Notes under the pieces: generated by a model
What the model saw: only the letters and a program-made list of their open reading frames with translations
Databases searched by the model: none
Told to the model about the DNA's origin: nothing
Shown here: one piece after another, positions 48,618-61,209 of the stretch
Layout: each line of letters begins with the position of its first letter
Position numbering within the stretch: the first letter of the stretch is position 1
Assembly (NCBI RefSeq): GCF_964188315.1
Contig: NC_135662.1
Span: 7,440,001-7,504,000 of the forward strand
Source of the DNA: Podarcis muralis
Taxonomy: Eukaryota
DNA length: 64,000 nt
Direction of reading: 5' to 3'
Translations under genes and position numbers: made by a program

Positions 48618-50379
48618 CACCTTGTTCTTAGTTTTTTCCATTCAGTCATTCCATTTCCCATTCCACTAAATTTTCTTTGGGTTGTTCTGCGGTTTTTATG
48701 TCCCTCTCAGTGCTACAGAAAGCATGCCTCTTATGCAATGGTGGTATAATTTTGGATACAGGAGGGCAAACATGAGAAATATCAACTTGATATTACTGCA
48801 CATGAGACTTAGATATGTGATATAGAAGACTCTGTATGAGAATGGTCTACTGGGCACATGTTCATGACCGTTAAATGCCAGGACCTTGTTATCTGCCACC
48901 AGAGCTATCTTGCTTAAACTTCTGCAGAAGATAGTTGGGTGTTTCCTGTGAGAAGAGACAGTTACAAAAGCATCAAACCCAAAACTTATATTATGGGGAA
49001 AATAACTATATATGCTAAAATGATATGCCAAAGCATTCCAAAACATTATGGGGGTAATTAAAGTTCTGTGCCTCAGACCAAATCCAGTTCTCAATCCTTG
49101 GGTTCAATGCTTCTGCATCAGTCCAAGAGGAAGTTAATTCCTCTCTTTTGAAACATCAGATTTACTTTCATTAATCGTGCACGCGTGCACACACAGACTA
49201 AGAGAGAGAGAAAGACAGACAGAGAGATACAGAGACTGCAGGAGCTGGGTTTGAAGACAGTAATCTTTCTCTGTCACCCATCAGGGCTTTGTGCCATTCT
49301 GATGCTGAGTCTTACTTGCTCATGCTGATTTTTGGTTAACCTTTTATGTGAGCAGCTTGCACACTGTGGTGGGTCACTTAGGTTGTTCCAGTGAAAAGCT
49401 AATCAGCTTAAGAGGAGCCCAGTCATCTTCCCCCCTGCTCAGAGGTGACTCTTTGCTCTGCAATGCACAGTGGACTGCATGGTGTCACCTGACTGCTTTA
49501 TTCTCATGCCCCATGCCAATCCTTCTTAATAAGTATTGACCAGAATGATGTGTCAAGGTGAGCCTTTATCCATGGCGATTTCAGTTCTTCACCATGCAAA
49601 GGAGTCTAGTGTAGCTTTGGATGTAGGCTTGACGGCTAGCATTGAGTGGAAAGTGCATTGAGGCATGATATGGAACCACCTCCCTACTGTACCCTCTGAA
49701 GATTTTTTCAAAAAAATTATTGGAAAGATAGAGAAACATTGATGTCATGAATCACTTCTGCTAATTGTCACATTGCCCTATTAAGGTGTAGATAGCAGAA
49801 TTTTAACAATTTTTATAACATCCATATAATAAGCATGGCTTTTTTTCAGCCGCAACTCACCAGAACTCAGTTCCCACACCTCTCAGGTGGGTGCCATGGC
49901 TATAATAGGAGAACAAGGCAGGCCTTTATGGTCAGTTTCTGCACCTCTTTTTCTAGAAAAATAGCACAGAAAATAGGGATTGTACTGGTGGAATGTTCTA
50001 TCATGCACTTTTTTAAAAATAAGGGAGAAATATTTTCTTCTGTTTTCTTCAAACATTCGATCTCTACCTGTGAAGATTTCTTTACTTCATTCCCTTTGGC
50101 AATGAATCTGTTATCTATACCATTTAGCAAGTCATCCCACTCAACTCACACTGTTAAAGCGGCATTTATTTTTATTTAATTTTCTAAAACATCTAAAACA
50201 TTTATCCTGCCAAATGGGCAATCCAAGGGGCTTTTAACGATACTCCAGAAACGAGGACAAAAATTAACAGAGTAAATGAATCCAAAATAATAAAATAGTG
50301 AGTACAGGGGAAAACAAGTACCAAGAAAAACACCAAGAGATAGAAAATGAAGCTTTCTGAGCTATCTTGAAGTCTTTCT

Positions 50380-51384
50380 TCACATCCGGGTTTGAGCTGG
50401 AACTTCTCGTTCCTCTCTGCAGTTTTCCTCCTCTTTGAAAAGTTTCTGGAGTATGACCTTCATGCTCTCCCTGGATCGAGCCCTCTTGTTTCTCCCAATC
50501 AGGAAATAAATCAGTGGGTTAATACTGCTATTCAGGCAGCTGCATAATAACCCAACAGATATTGCAACAAATTGCATTTTATTGTCTATAACTAGAGGGA
50601 AAAAACCGATTAATGAAATGCAAGAAAATGGGAAAGCTAAGAAGAGGAAGAAGAGGAGGGCAAGGAGGATGGCTGTTAAAGCTTTTCCCTTCTTCCTCTG
50701 TTGTGATCTGAAGTAAACTTTTCTAAACAGGACCAGAGTGGAGACAGTCATGAGTGGGAGGCAAAGTATAGCATTCAATAGAAAGTGGAATAAAGCGGTA
50801 TACTGTGGAACAGTAAAATAAGCAATAATCAAGTTGATTGCAATGAGCAGGAAGGAAGTGATCCATATTGCGGCACACACAAGGGTGGAAAAGTGTGGTG
50901 GTCGGTGGCATCGATGCCAAAGGGGGAAAACGACAGAAACACACCTGTCCATGCTAATGGCTGTCAACAGATATTGACCAGTGTTGTACATGAAGAAAAA
51001 AAGAATGAAACCCAATAATAAAATCAAATGCATATAGGGAGTTAAAGATAAGAATGACCTCAGAGGATATATAATGGAAAAAGTAAATAAGCATATGAGA
51101 GCCCCAAGGTCAGCCGCAGCCAGATGCAGGATGAAGGTGGTGAAAGGATTCCTCTTCATGCAAAAGCCAAGAAACCAGATGACAGTTCCATTCCCAATGA
51201 TTCCAAAAATGCTAATAAGTAAAATGGAGATAAGTAAAATGGGGATAAGAATGTCTGCTATACTATATGGTGATAATTCATGATCAAAACCATCCTGGCG
51301 AGTTAGGTCAGTTTCAATTTGTGCTCCAATATCTTCCAACGAAGCATTCAAAGTGGACCAGGTTCCCAGGCCATCATTGCTCAT
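50380..51384 (-). CDS. MAS/MRGPR-like GPCR 6, 334 aa, intact
   Basis: Full 7TM and close paralogue of GPCR 5; acceptor at 51431-51432. Confidence 0.95.
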   Translation of the reverse strand: MSNDGLGTWSTLNASLEDIGAQIETDLTRQDGFDHELSPYSIADILIPILLISILLISIFGIIGNGTVIWFLGFCMKRNPFTTFILHLAAADLGALICLFTFSIIYPLRSFLSLTPYMHLILLLGFILFFFMYNTGQYLLTAISMDRCVSVVFPLWHRCHRPPHFSTLVCAAIWITSFLLIAINLIIAYFTVPQYTALFHFLLNAILCLPLMTVSTLVLFRKVYFRSQQRKKGKALTAILLALLFFLFLAFPFSCISLIGFFPLVIDNKMQFVAISVGLLCSCLNSSINPLIYFLIGRNKRARSRESMKVILQKLFKEEENCREEREVPAQTRM

Positions 51385-53095
51385 CTTGCTGGATCTCTCT
51401 ACTTCTGAGATTTTTCTTGTATAGCTCTTCCTACCAGGAGAAAATAAACAAATGTGGAGTTAGTTTTAGCTCTAAAGCTCAACCTATTAAACTGAGACAA
51501 ACAATAATAAAAGAGACATGCTATAGTGGGAATTAAAGACTGATAAACAAACACATTAGGAATATGGTTCACAGGAATGTTTGTCACAACTTATCAGTTT
51601 CAAAGGCTTTGTGGGGAAACGGAGTTTGCCAATGTGTTGTGGATCTTTCCTCTAAGTAAAAAAACTGCATTCACAACATCAGTAAGCACGTCATTTTAGA
51701 ACTCAAATTCTCCTCTTCTGCTCTCTGACTCAGCCATAAGATCGGAAATTAACCTCTGTGTCATTGACTTCGGTTGGTTGGGTGGTGGAGAAGATGAGTG
51801 TGAGAAGGATTTGAACAGCTCTTGTGATTCTGGAATGAATTGGGAAGGCATAAGTAATTTTATTGTTATTAAAATGTGATTTTGAACAAAAGTGGATAAA
51901 TAAAACTCAAGTTGAATTGGGATTGTGAAGAAATATGAAAATTTAAAAAAGCAAAAACCCCCACAATAGATTAGCCAGACAGCAAGAGTTTTATAATGTG
52001 GAATGTATTAGACAAACCATTACTCTATCCTGCCTAGTACTTGCTGCTCTGACTGGATGTGGGAACCAAAAATTCCTGCTGTCTTCACCAGCCATCCGCC
52101 TTGTATCCTTCTAACAGAACACCCCATGGAGTTAGCTTGTCCCACCTATAAGCCAAAGGTGCACAGCATTGCCATTCAGCTACAGACCCCCTCTTACCTT
52201 TGCTAATGAATGACATCAAAAGTAGCTATTCGCATTGCTCTCAAAAACTTTGGATCAGCATCCCTCCGGCATGGTGAGTGGGAGCAGCAAGTGGTGCTGG
52301 AATAAGCAGGTAATCAGAAGATTTGCAGAAATTGTTAAGACGCCTCATCTGGTTCTTAGCAAGATGTGTAGGATTCTGCCCATGTGTCTTCAGTTCTGTG
52401 TAATCCATTTGCCAGCATCGTGTGATAAGCTGGTTGCTTTGTGCCTTGGGTCTCAGGATAGCATTTGACAAACTCAGGAGGAGACTCTTGCCTTCTAAAG
52501 TTCAGTGCCCCAAGCAAGCACTCTTGAGAAGAGAGAGTTTGCAAGTGGTAAGCAAGTCCAACTTCTCTTTGCCCCTATCTGGATAAATATCTTTCTTGAT
52601 TAGAGTGTCACCTGACCCATTAACAGAAAGACTAACCAGTGTATTCAGAGAGTAATCAGCTTGCGGTTGGTTCTGCTGGGGAAGAACGTAGCCTGGGGTG
52701 GAGAAATATATCTGAAGAACAAAAAAGAGAGTTCTTCTAGATCAGGTCAGTGGCCCTTGCAGTCAATTGTCCTGGTCTCACAGTGGCCAAACAGATGCTT
52801 CCAGGAAGCGCACAACAGCTTCTGAACACAATAGTACTCTCCTCCCCGGTGATGTTCTGCTGGCAGGCCTTAGTCCCCTTAATTTTCCAACCCCCTTGGG
52901 AAAACTTTGACATGTGTGGGAGGCCAATCTGCTTTTTTTGGTGGGGTGTGGGCACACTTCTGTCTGATCCCATATGCACTAGTTCTTTAAAGCCTCTATT
53001 TATTGATATTGAGTATTCTTCATTCCATCTTGGCGACAAGGAAAAAAATAATTCTCAGTCTGAATAAGGCTGCAATCTAGCCAGGTCAAGGGATT

Positions 53096-53132
<37 letters not shown>

Positions 53133-53543
53133 CTACTTCCATGAGGTTCTAAGTTTTTCCCATACTCACTCATTCAATATCCCATTCCACTGAGGTTTCT
53201 TTGGGGTGGTCTGAGGTTTTATGCCTTTTATGCTACAGGAGCCAAAACATGGGGAGTATCAACTTGATATTACTGCATATGAGATTGAAATATGTGGTAT
53301 AGAAGACTCTGTATGAGAATGGCATACTGAGCGCATATCTAAAATAACATAAAGTTAATGCACTTTGGAGATCATCTATTTTAACCCCCTGCTCAATGCT
53401 AAAATCCTGTGGTCAACCTGAAATCAGTAATCCACATTGAATGCAGGTCAACATGGCTACAGACAATGCAACCCAAAGTACCGCACACTGACTTACTAGG
53501 AATTAGAATGACTCATTAGGACAAGAGTGATATAGACTTCCTG

Positions 53544-54147
53544 ATGAAATTAAGAAGGTCCTTAAACGGACCTTTCCTAAGAAACCTGAGGCTTTTCTCC
53601 TGGGCATGTTTGGCCAATTGGTGTTAAGGAAGGATAGGACGTTTTTTATGTATGCCACTACAGCAGCAAGGATTCTTTTAGCGAAGTATTGGAAGACACA
53701 AGAACTACCCACGCTGAATGGCAGAATGGCAGACGAAGGTGATCGACTATATGGGACTGGCGGAGATGACTGGCAGAATCCGTGACCAAGGGAAAGAGAC
53801 GGTGGAAGAAGACTGGAAGAAATTTAAAATGTATCTTAAAAACTGTTGTAAAATTGATGAGTGTTAAAATGTCAAGGGATTGGGAAATAGAGAATTGTAG
53901 CTGTATTTGATAAGTTAGAGAAGAACCTAAAAGAAAATGAATTGAACAATTGGCTAATTGAGGGAGTTGCTGCAGAAATGTAAAAACAAGGATGCAGAAA
54001 AGGGGAGGCATGGGGAAGTCCGGGAAGTAAGGTTTATGAAAAGAAGGTTATGAAAATTATACATGTTTAATGTTTGTTTGTTTATGTATTGTGTATTGTT
54101 TGTGTTTATTTTGTGTTTGAAAATTAATAAAAAATTTATATATAAAA
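53544..54147 (+). mobile_element. L1-type LINE 3' fragment
   Basis: Encodes KKPEAFLLG..AARILLAKYWK..DWKKFKMYL with an A-rich tail. 21-bp perfect TSD AAGAGTGATATAGACTTCCTG at 53523-53543 and 54148-54168. Confidence 0.9.
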
Positions 54148-54879
54148 AAGAGTGATATAGACTTCCTGTTTCCTGCTGAGGGAAATGGCTGTCTCCCACA
54201 AGAACGGACTCTCAGCTGTTCCAGTAATTCAGGGTTGATAAGGGGGTAATCAGCCCTGCCGACCTCCCCGTGGTGGGGGAGGGCTGTCTTGCCCACAGAT
54301 CGTCCGTTATCTGTCCTCCGCAACAAGATGTGGGGGCAGGGACGCTGGGCTTGGAGCATGGAATGATGAGCTGGGCACTCTCTGAAGCCACTCCCATGAG
54401 CCAAAATACCTGTTTTCAAAAAATGAATGAGATTTGGGCAAAAAACAGGCATGTTCCAGATGGAAAGAGATAAAAGAAAAATCTGCCTAATTATACAGTT
54501 GCTGGTTGCTAAGTTTTGGACTCTAAAAGGACTCTCATCTCGACGTGTGGATTAATGAGGTGAGCGACTGCTGTCTTTTTGCATTTGTCATATTTGTTAC
54601 CTCATGTTTTGGCAAAGCTCACCCAGAAAGAAATTAATTATTCAAAGGGAACACAAGAGGTGAAATCTTAATTGAATGTAGGATGCACAGCCCTCAACTG
54701 AGAACTGGCAGAGTGAAATCTGATACGAAAGCGGCTTGGGCTGAGGATGGGAGGAAAAAAAGATGGCGGCTGTGTTGCACAGTTACAAAAATAAAGGAAT
54801 TCCTTTGGACTACAAAAGGGGGTACCTCATTCTAAGACACATCTGTCTGTATGAATTATTTTTATATATGATTTGAGGA

Positions 54880-54943
<64 letters not shown>

Positions 54944-55630
54944 TCTTTATTGTCATTGCCCCCTCTCGGGGACAACGAAATTACTTGGCTGCTCCATCCA
55001 CCCAGGTAGGGCACTCCACACAAAATCAAAACAACTATAAAAACACTAATTAAAACAATACAGTATAATACAGCAAGGAAGATTAGATGACTTTCAAAGT
55101 CTAGGCTTCCCATTCAGGGCCGAGATCGCTCTGGAGAAGAAGCTGTTCTTAAGACGGCTCGTTCTTGTCTTCATCGTCCTGTATCTCCGTCCCGATGGCA
55201 GGAGCTCGAAGAGACAGTGACCAGGATGCGATGGATCTTTTACTATGTCCAGTGCCTTCCTATGGCACCTTGTGGCATAAATCTGCTCTAAGGTGGAGAG
55301 TTGGCAGCCAACAATGCTCTCTGCTGCCTTAACAACTCTGCACAACCCCATCCTGTCCTGGGTAGTACAGCTTCCGTACCACACACATAAGCCATAAGTG
55401 AGCACGCTCTCAATGGCACAGTGATAAAAGGCAAGCAGCAGTTTCTGCGGAAGATGGTTTTTCCTTAGAATTCTCAAAAAGTACAGTCTCTGCTGCGCCT
55501 TCTTCACAAGCCCCCTTGTGTTGACACTCCAGGACAGATCCTCTTGTAATTCAATGCCCAAAAATCTGAACGTTGTTACCCTTTCCACACAGACCCCATC
55601 AATCAAAAGTGGCTGGATGATGGTGAATTC
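54880..55630 (-). mobile_element. Young Rex1/Babar-like LINE 3' fragment
   Basis: Intact ORF ..KKAQQRLYFLR..IESVLTYGLCVWYG..LLPSGRRYR..RLKNSFF with an (ATT)n tail. Confidence 0.9.
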
Positions 55631-56486
55631 TGGAGCCCTCTCAGTTCTCTTAGGACCCAGGAGAGCTGGGGGGGGGGGCTCCTTTAGAAGAACCCAAAAT
55701 AATTCTCATATTACATACAGCTCCTGAAGCATACCCCACAATACAGTACTTAATGGAAACATACAGACACACCAGCTTACTAAGAGAGATCAGAAAGAAT
55801 TTGTTGATAGGCTGCCACAAACTTCAACTTTGGAACAAAGCCCAGAGCCTTAATGAGAATACGAAGAACGAAGGAGAGATCGAAGAAAGAGGCCTGCACT
55901 TCAAAAATAATTGGACAGAGAATAATATGGAATAAGAAATGCCTCCTGTGTGTTCATAATATAAGGAACTGTTTAGAAAGATAGTAAGTCACAGAAACAG
56001 CGACTGATGGATTGAGAAGATAAGCACGGTTAAAATAAGAGTTATGAAAATGGAAAATAGTGAAGAATGCAGAGACTTTAATGCGGACAATATCTGTAGA
56101 CATCTGGAGCATGGGGACTTCCCTTTTGAATTTCTTAAATAATTGAAATATATAATTGGTGGTATTGCTATTATTGTAATATGTAATGATTTGCTTTGAT
56201 TTGTCATTAATTGGAAGATTTTTAGGGCAGTATATAAATTCAAAAAATAATATTAATATATAATTCTGCAGTTGAAAATAATGGAAAGAGGGTTTACCTC
56301 TATGTCTCCCCAGAGATATACAACCTGTGGATATTAGCAAATAGATTTATAATAATAAGATACTGAGTTCAGAGTAGAACAAGTACCTGTCACGGTCCAG
56401 TTTACAGGCGGTCAAAGTCCTGGTAGAGGAAAATAAATAAATGCTCAATCTCAATAAGGCTGCAATCTAGCCAGAACGAGAAATGG

Positions 56487-56556
<70 letters not shown>

Positions 56557-56645
56557 AGTGAGAGAGAGACCTACATCATGCCCCCTTCCACCTGGTTCTT
56601 AGTTTTTTCCATTCAGTCATTCCATATTCAATTCCACTGAAGGGA

Positions 56646-56725
<80 letters not shown>

Positions 56726-57284
56726 CATTGCATGCCGCCAAACATGGGGAGTGTCAACTCAATATTATGACATATGTGATTGAAATATGTGGTATAGAAG
56801 ACTCTGTATGAGAATGGTGTACTGGGCACATGCTCTTGAGAGTTATATGCCAGGGCTTTGTTATCCACCACCAGATTTATCTTGCTTGAACTTCTGGGTG
56901 TTTCCTGTCAGAGGAGACAGTTACAAAAGCATCAAACCCAAAATTTATATAATGGGAAAAATAGCTATATATGTAATAACTATGTGCAAAAATATACCCA
57001 AACATTATGGGGATGTTTAAAGATCTGAAACTCAGACCACATCAAGTTCTCAATCCTTGGGCTCAATCGTTCTGCAACAGTCCAACAGCGAGTTCATTTC
57101 TCTCTTTTGAAACATTAGATTTTCTTTCATCAATCATTCAGAAAGTAATGTTTTGCTGCACAACTGAACATCTAAAATAACATGAAGATAATGCTCTTTG
57201 GAGGTCATCTATCTTAACCCCCTGCTCAATGCTAAAATCCTGTCGTCACCCTGAAATCATTCTCTGTCTGAATAAGGCTGCAAT

Positions 57285-57412
57285 NNNNNNNNNNNNNNNN
57301 NNNNNNNNNNNNNNNNNNNNNNNNNNNNNNNNNNNNNNNNNNNNNNNNNNNNNNNNNNNNNNNNNNNNNNNNNNNNNNNNNNNNNNNNNNNNNNNNNNNN
57401 NNNNNNNNNNNN
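57285..57412. other. Assembly gap (128 N)
   Basis: Run of N. Confidence 1.
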
Positions 57413-59206
57413 TCCACCTTGTTCTTAGTTTTTTCCATTCAGTCATTCCATTTCCCATTCCACTAAATTTTCTTTGGGTTGTTCTGCGGTTTTTATGTCC
57501 CTCTCAGTGCTACAGAAAGCATGCCTCTTATGCAATGGTGGTATAATTTTGGATACAGGAGGGCAAACATGAGAAATATCAACTTGATATTACTGCACAT
57601 GGGACTTAGATATGTGATATAGAAGACTCTGTATGAGAATGGTCTACTGGGCACATGTTCATGACCGTTAAATGCCAGGACCTTGTTATCTGCCACCAGA
57701 GCTATCTTGCTTGAACTTCTGCAGAAGATAGTTGGGTGTTTCCTGTTAGAGGAGTCAGTTACAAAAGCATCAAACCCAAAACTTATATTATGCGGAAAAT
57801 AACTATATATGCAAAAATGATATGCAAAAGCATTCCAAAACATTATGGGGGTAATTAAAGTTCTGGGCCTCAGACCAAATCCAGTTCTCAAACCTTGGGT
57901 TCAATCCTTCTGCATCAGTCCAAGAGGAAGTTAATTCCTCTCTTTTGAAACATCAAATTTACTTTCATTCATCGTGCACGCGCACACACACACACTAAGA
58001 GAGAGAGAAAGTCAGACAGAGAGATACGGAGACTGCAGGAGCTGGGTTTGAAGACAGTAATCTTTCTCTGTCACCCATCAGGGCTTTGTGCCATTCTGAT
58101 GCTGAGTCTTACTTGCTCATGCTGATTTTTGGTTAACCTTTTATGTGAGCAGCTTGCACACTGTGGTGGGTCACTTAGGTTATTCCAGTGAAAAGCTAAT
58201 CAGCTTAAGAGGAGCCCAGTCATCTTCCCCCCTGCTCAGAGGTGACTTTTTGCTCTGCAATGCACAGTGGACTGCATGGTGTCACCTGACTGCTTTATTC
58301 TCATGCCCCATCCCAATCCTTCTTAATAAGTATTGACCAGAATGATGTGTCAAGGTGAGTCTTTATCCATGGCGATTTCAGTTCTTCACCATGCAAAAGA
58401 ATCTAGTGTAGCTTTGGATATAGGCTTGACAGCTAGCATTGAGTGGAAAGTGCATTGAGGCATGATATGGAACCCCCCCCCCCCAGTATGCTCTGGATTT
58501 CCCCCAAAATCTTTTTTGGAAAGATAGAGGAAACATTGATGTCATGAATCACTTCTGCTAATTGTCACATTGCCCTATAAAGTTGTAGATGGCAGAATTT
58601 TGTGGATTTCTATATGCACATAGTTACAATGTCTATATCACTACCTTCGTATAATAAGCAGGGATCTATTTCAGCCAGAACTCTCCAGAACTCAATTCCG
58701 GCGCCTCTCAGATGGGTGCCATTGAAATTGTAATAGAACAAAGGAGGCCTTTATTGTGAGTTTCTGCACCTCTTTTTCTAGAAAAATAGCACAGAAAATA
58801 GGGGTTATACTGGTGGAATGTCCTATAATGCACTTTTTTCAAAAAAATCTGGGGAAAATATTTTCTTCTGTTTTCTTCAAACATTTGGGCCCTACGTGTG
58901 AAGATTTCTTTACTTCATTCACTTTGGCAATGAATCTCTTTTGTATACCATTTAGCAAGTCATCCCTCTTGTCAAAGTCTGTTGAGGTGGCATTTCTTTT
59001 TATTTCATTTTCTCAAACATGTAAAACACTTATCCTGCAAATTAGGGAACCCAAGGGGCTTGTAACGATACTACTGAAACGAGGACAAAAGTTAACAGAG
59101 TAAATGAATCCAAAATAATAAAACAATAGTGAATACAGAGGAAAACAAGTACCAAGAAATACACCAAATGATAGAAAATGAAGCTTTCCTAGCTATTTTG
59201 AACTCT

Positions 59207-61209
59207 TCACATCTGGCTTTGAACTGGAACTTCTCGTTCCTCTCTGCAGTTTTCCTCCTCTTTTAAAAGTCTCTGGAGTATGACCTTCATGCTCTCCCTG
59301 GATCGAGTCCTCTTGTTTCTCCCAATCAGGAAATAAATCAGTGGGTTAATACTGCTATTCAGGCAGCTGCATAATAACACAACAGATACTTTAAAAGATG
59401 AAACATCATAGTCCAAAGGTGGATTGAAAAAATAGATTAATGAAATGCAAGTAAATGGGAAAGCTAAGAAGAGGAAGAAGAGGAGGGCAAGGAGGATGGC
59501 TGTTAAAGCTTTTCCCTTCTTCCTGTGTTGTGATTGAAACCAAACTTTTATAAACAGGATCAGAGAGGTCGGCCCTAAAGGTGTTCAAGGCAAAAGTGGT
59601 TGCCGTGCTTGCTTATGCTGCCCCGCTCTGGGCCGTGATGACAGATCCTGCTCCTCTTGAGACTCTGCAAAACCAATTCCTACGTCGGCTCCTAATGCTC
59701 CCCCTGTGCGTAAGCAATGCAGCCATGCGACTAGAATTGAAGATCGCATCCTTAGAAACTTGCCTGTGGAAGCAAGTCTTCAATTATTGGTTATCATTGT
59801 GGCATAGATTACCAAACCATTACCTTGTCCAATGCTTATGGCGAGATGAATTCTCTAGCCTTTGGACTAGTAGAATTCATGCCAAACTCCTGAGTTATGG
59901 AATCTCTCCCTCAGATTCCCTAAAACTAGACCAAATCACTGCTCAAAGACTGATCCGTCAAAGACTGGATGGCATCGACTTACAGCGAAATTATACGCTG
60001 GGGGGAGGTGTTTGTTCGCCCCAGAACATTGGTGTCACTTTAACTTACTGCGTTCCATCATACCTCTCTTCCCTTTCGACTGTTGCCCATAGACTGGCCT
60101 TCACCAAAGCGAGGTTTAACGTTTTTCCCTCCAATGTCCTGAGACATAGATTCTCAAAGGGCCAAGCCCCCGCCATGTGCGAATGTGATAAGGAGACGCC
60201 GGAGTCGCTCCAGCACATTATGTTCACTTGCCCCTTGTTCAATGTGCCACGGGCAAATTTGTTGGGATCAATCATACAGAAACTAGAGGGTACCCCACCA
60301 AAATTCCACCTTGCCCAAATCTTGCAGGATAAGGATACCCATACGACCCTGAAAGTGGCTAGGTTCCTGGTCGCTGTCCTTACCCAAAAACGACGCCAAG
60401 GAGCACTACAAGCTAATTAAGGCGTAGTATGCCATTCCATCTTATAGTATTTTATTGTTATAGTGGTGTTTTAGCGGCTGTTTTTTTTCCCCACGTGCAC
60501 AAGCTGTTATTTATGTGTTGTTTTTACCTGTATGGGCCTATGGCCGTAATAAATAAATGATGATCAGAGAGGAGACAGTCATAAGTGGGAGGAAAAGAAC
60601 AGCATTTAACAGAAGCTGGTAGAAAAGGAGGTCCAGAAAAATATTAAAAATAAAAAGAATCAAGTTGATTACAGAGAACAGGAAAGAAATGATCCATATT
60701 GTGGCACACACAAAGGTGGAAAAGTGTGGTGGTCGGTGGCATCGATGCCAAAGGGGGAAAATGACAGAAACACACTTGTCCATGCTAATGGCCGTCAACA
60801 GGTATTGACCAGTGTTGTACATGAACAACAAGAAAAACTCAAACAACTGTACACACAAACTAATATCTACAGATAAGGATGAAAATGACACCACAAGATA
60901 CACAATCAAATAAGAAGATAAGCAAATGAGGGCCCCAAGGTCAGCAACAGCCAGATTTAGTATGAAAGTGGTGAAAGGATTCCTCTTCATGCAGAAACCA
61001 AGAAACCAGATGACAGTCCCATTCCCCATAAGTCCAAAAATGCTAATAACTAGAATTAAGAAATATAGAATAATGCCTGCTATACGATATGTTGATAATT
61101 CATGATCAAAACCGTCCTGGGGGGTTAGGATGTCAGTTCCATTTTCTGCTCCAATATGTTCCCATGAAGCATTCAAAGAGGACCAGGATCCCAGGCCCTC
61201 ATTCCTCAT
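59207..61209 (-). pseudogene. MAS/MRGPR-like GPCR 7, split in TM5 by a LINE
   Basis: 5' half at 60562-61209 and 3' half at 59207-59568. Removing the insert and one TSD gives an uninterrupted frame (..LMTVSSLILFIKVWF..VPVQSQM*). Confidence 0.95.
59569..60561 (+). mobile_element. 5'-truncated non-LTR retrotransposon (RT thumb plus C-terminal CxC-x8-H-x4-C; RTE-X-like, clade uncertain)
   Basis: 279-aa uninterrupted ORF with AVLAYAAPLW..QNQFLRRLL and CECDKETPESLQHIMFTC. Tail aataaataaatgatgat; 11-bp TSD GATCAGAGAGG at 59558-59568 and 60562-60572. Confidence 0.9.

Larger units (their letters stand above)
43364..53400. repeat. Recent tandem duplication, about 5.26-kb unit (GPCR 5 and 6); third copy of the 3' flank at about 56640-59300
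   Basis: Near-identical flanks at a constant offset of about 5260 (for example 45120 vs 50380). Confidence 0.9.

Noticed and set aside
53954-54473. Overlapping ORFs in the unclassified insert
   Set aside because: No recognisable domain; they partly run into the L1 3' UTR.
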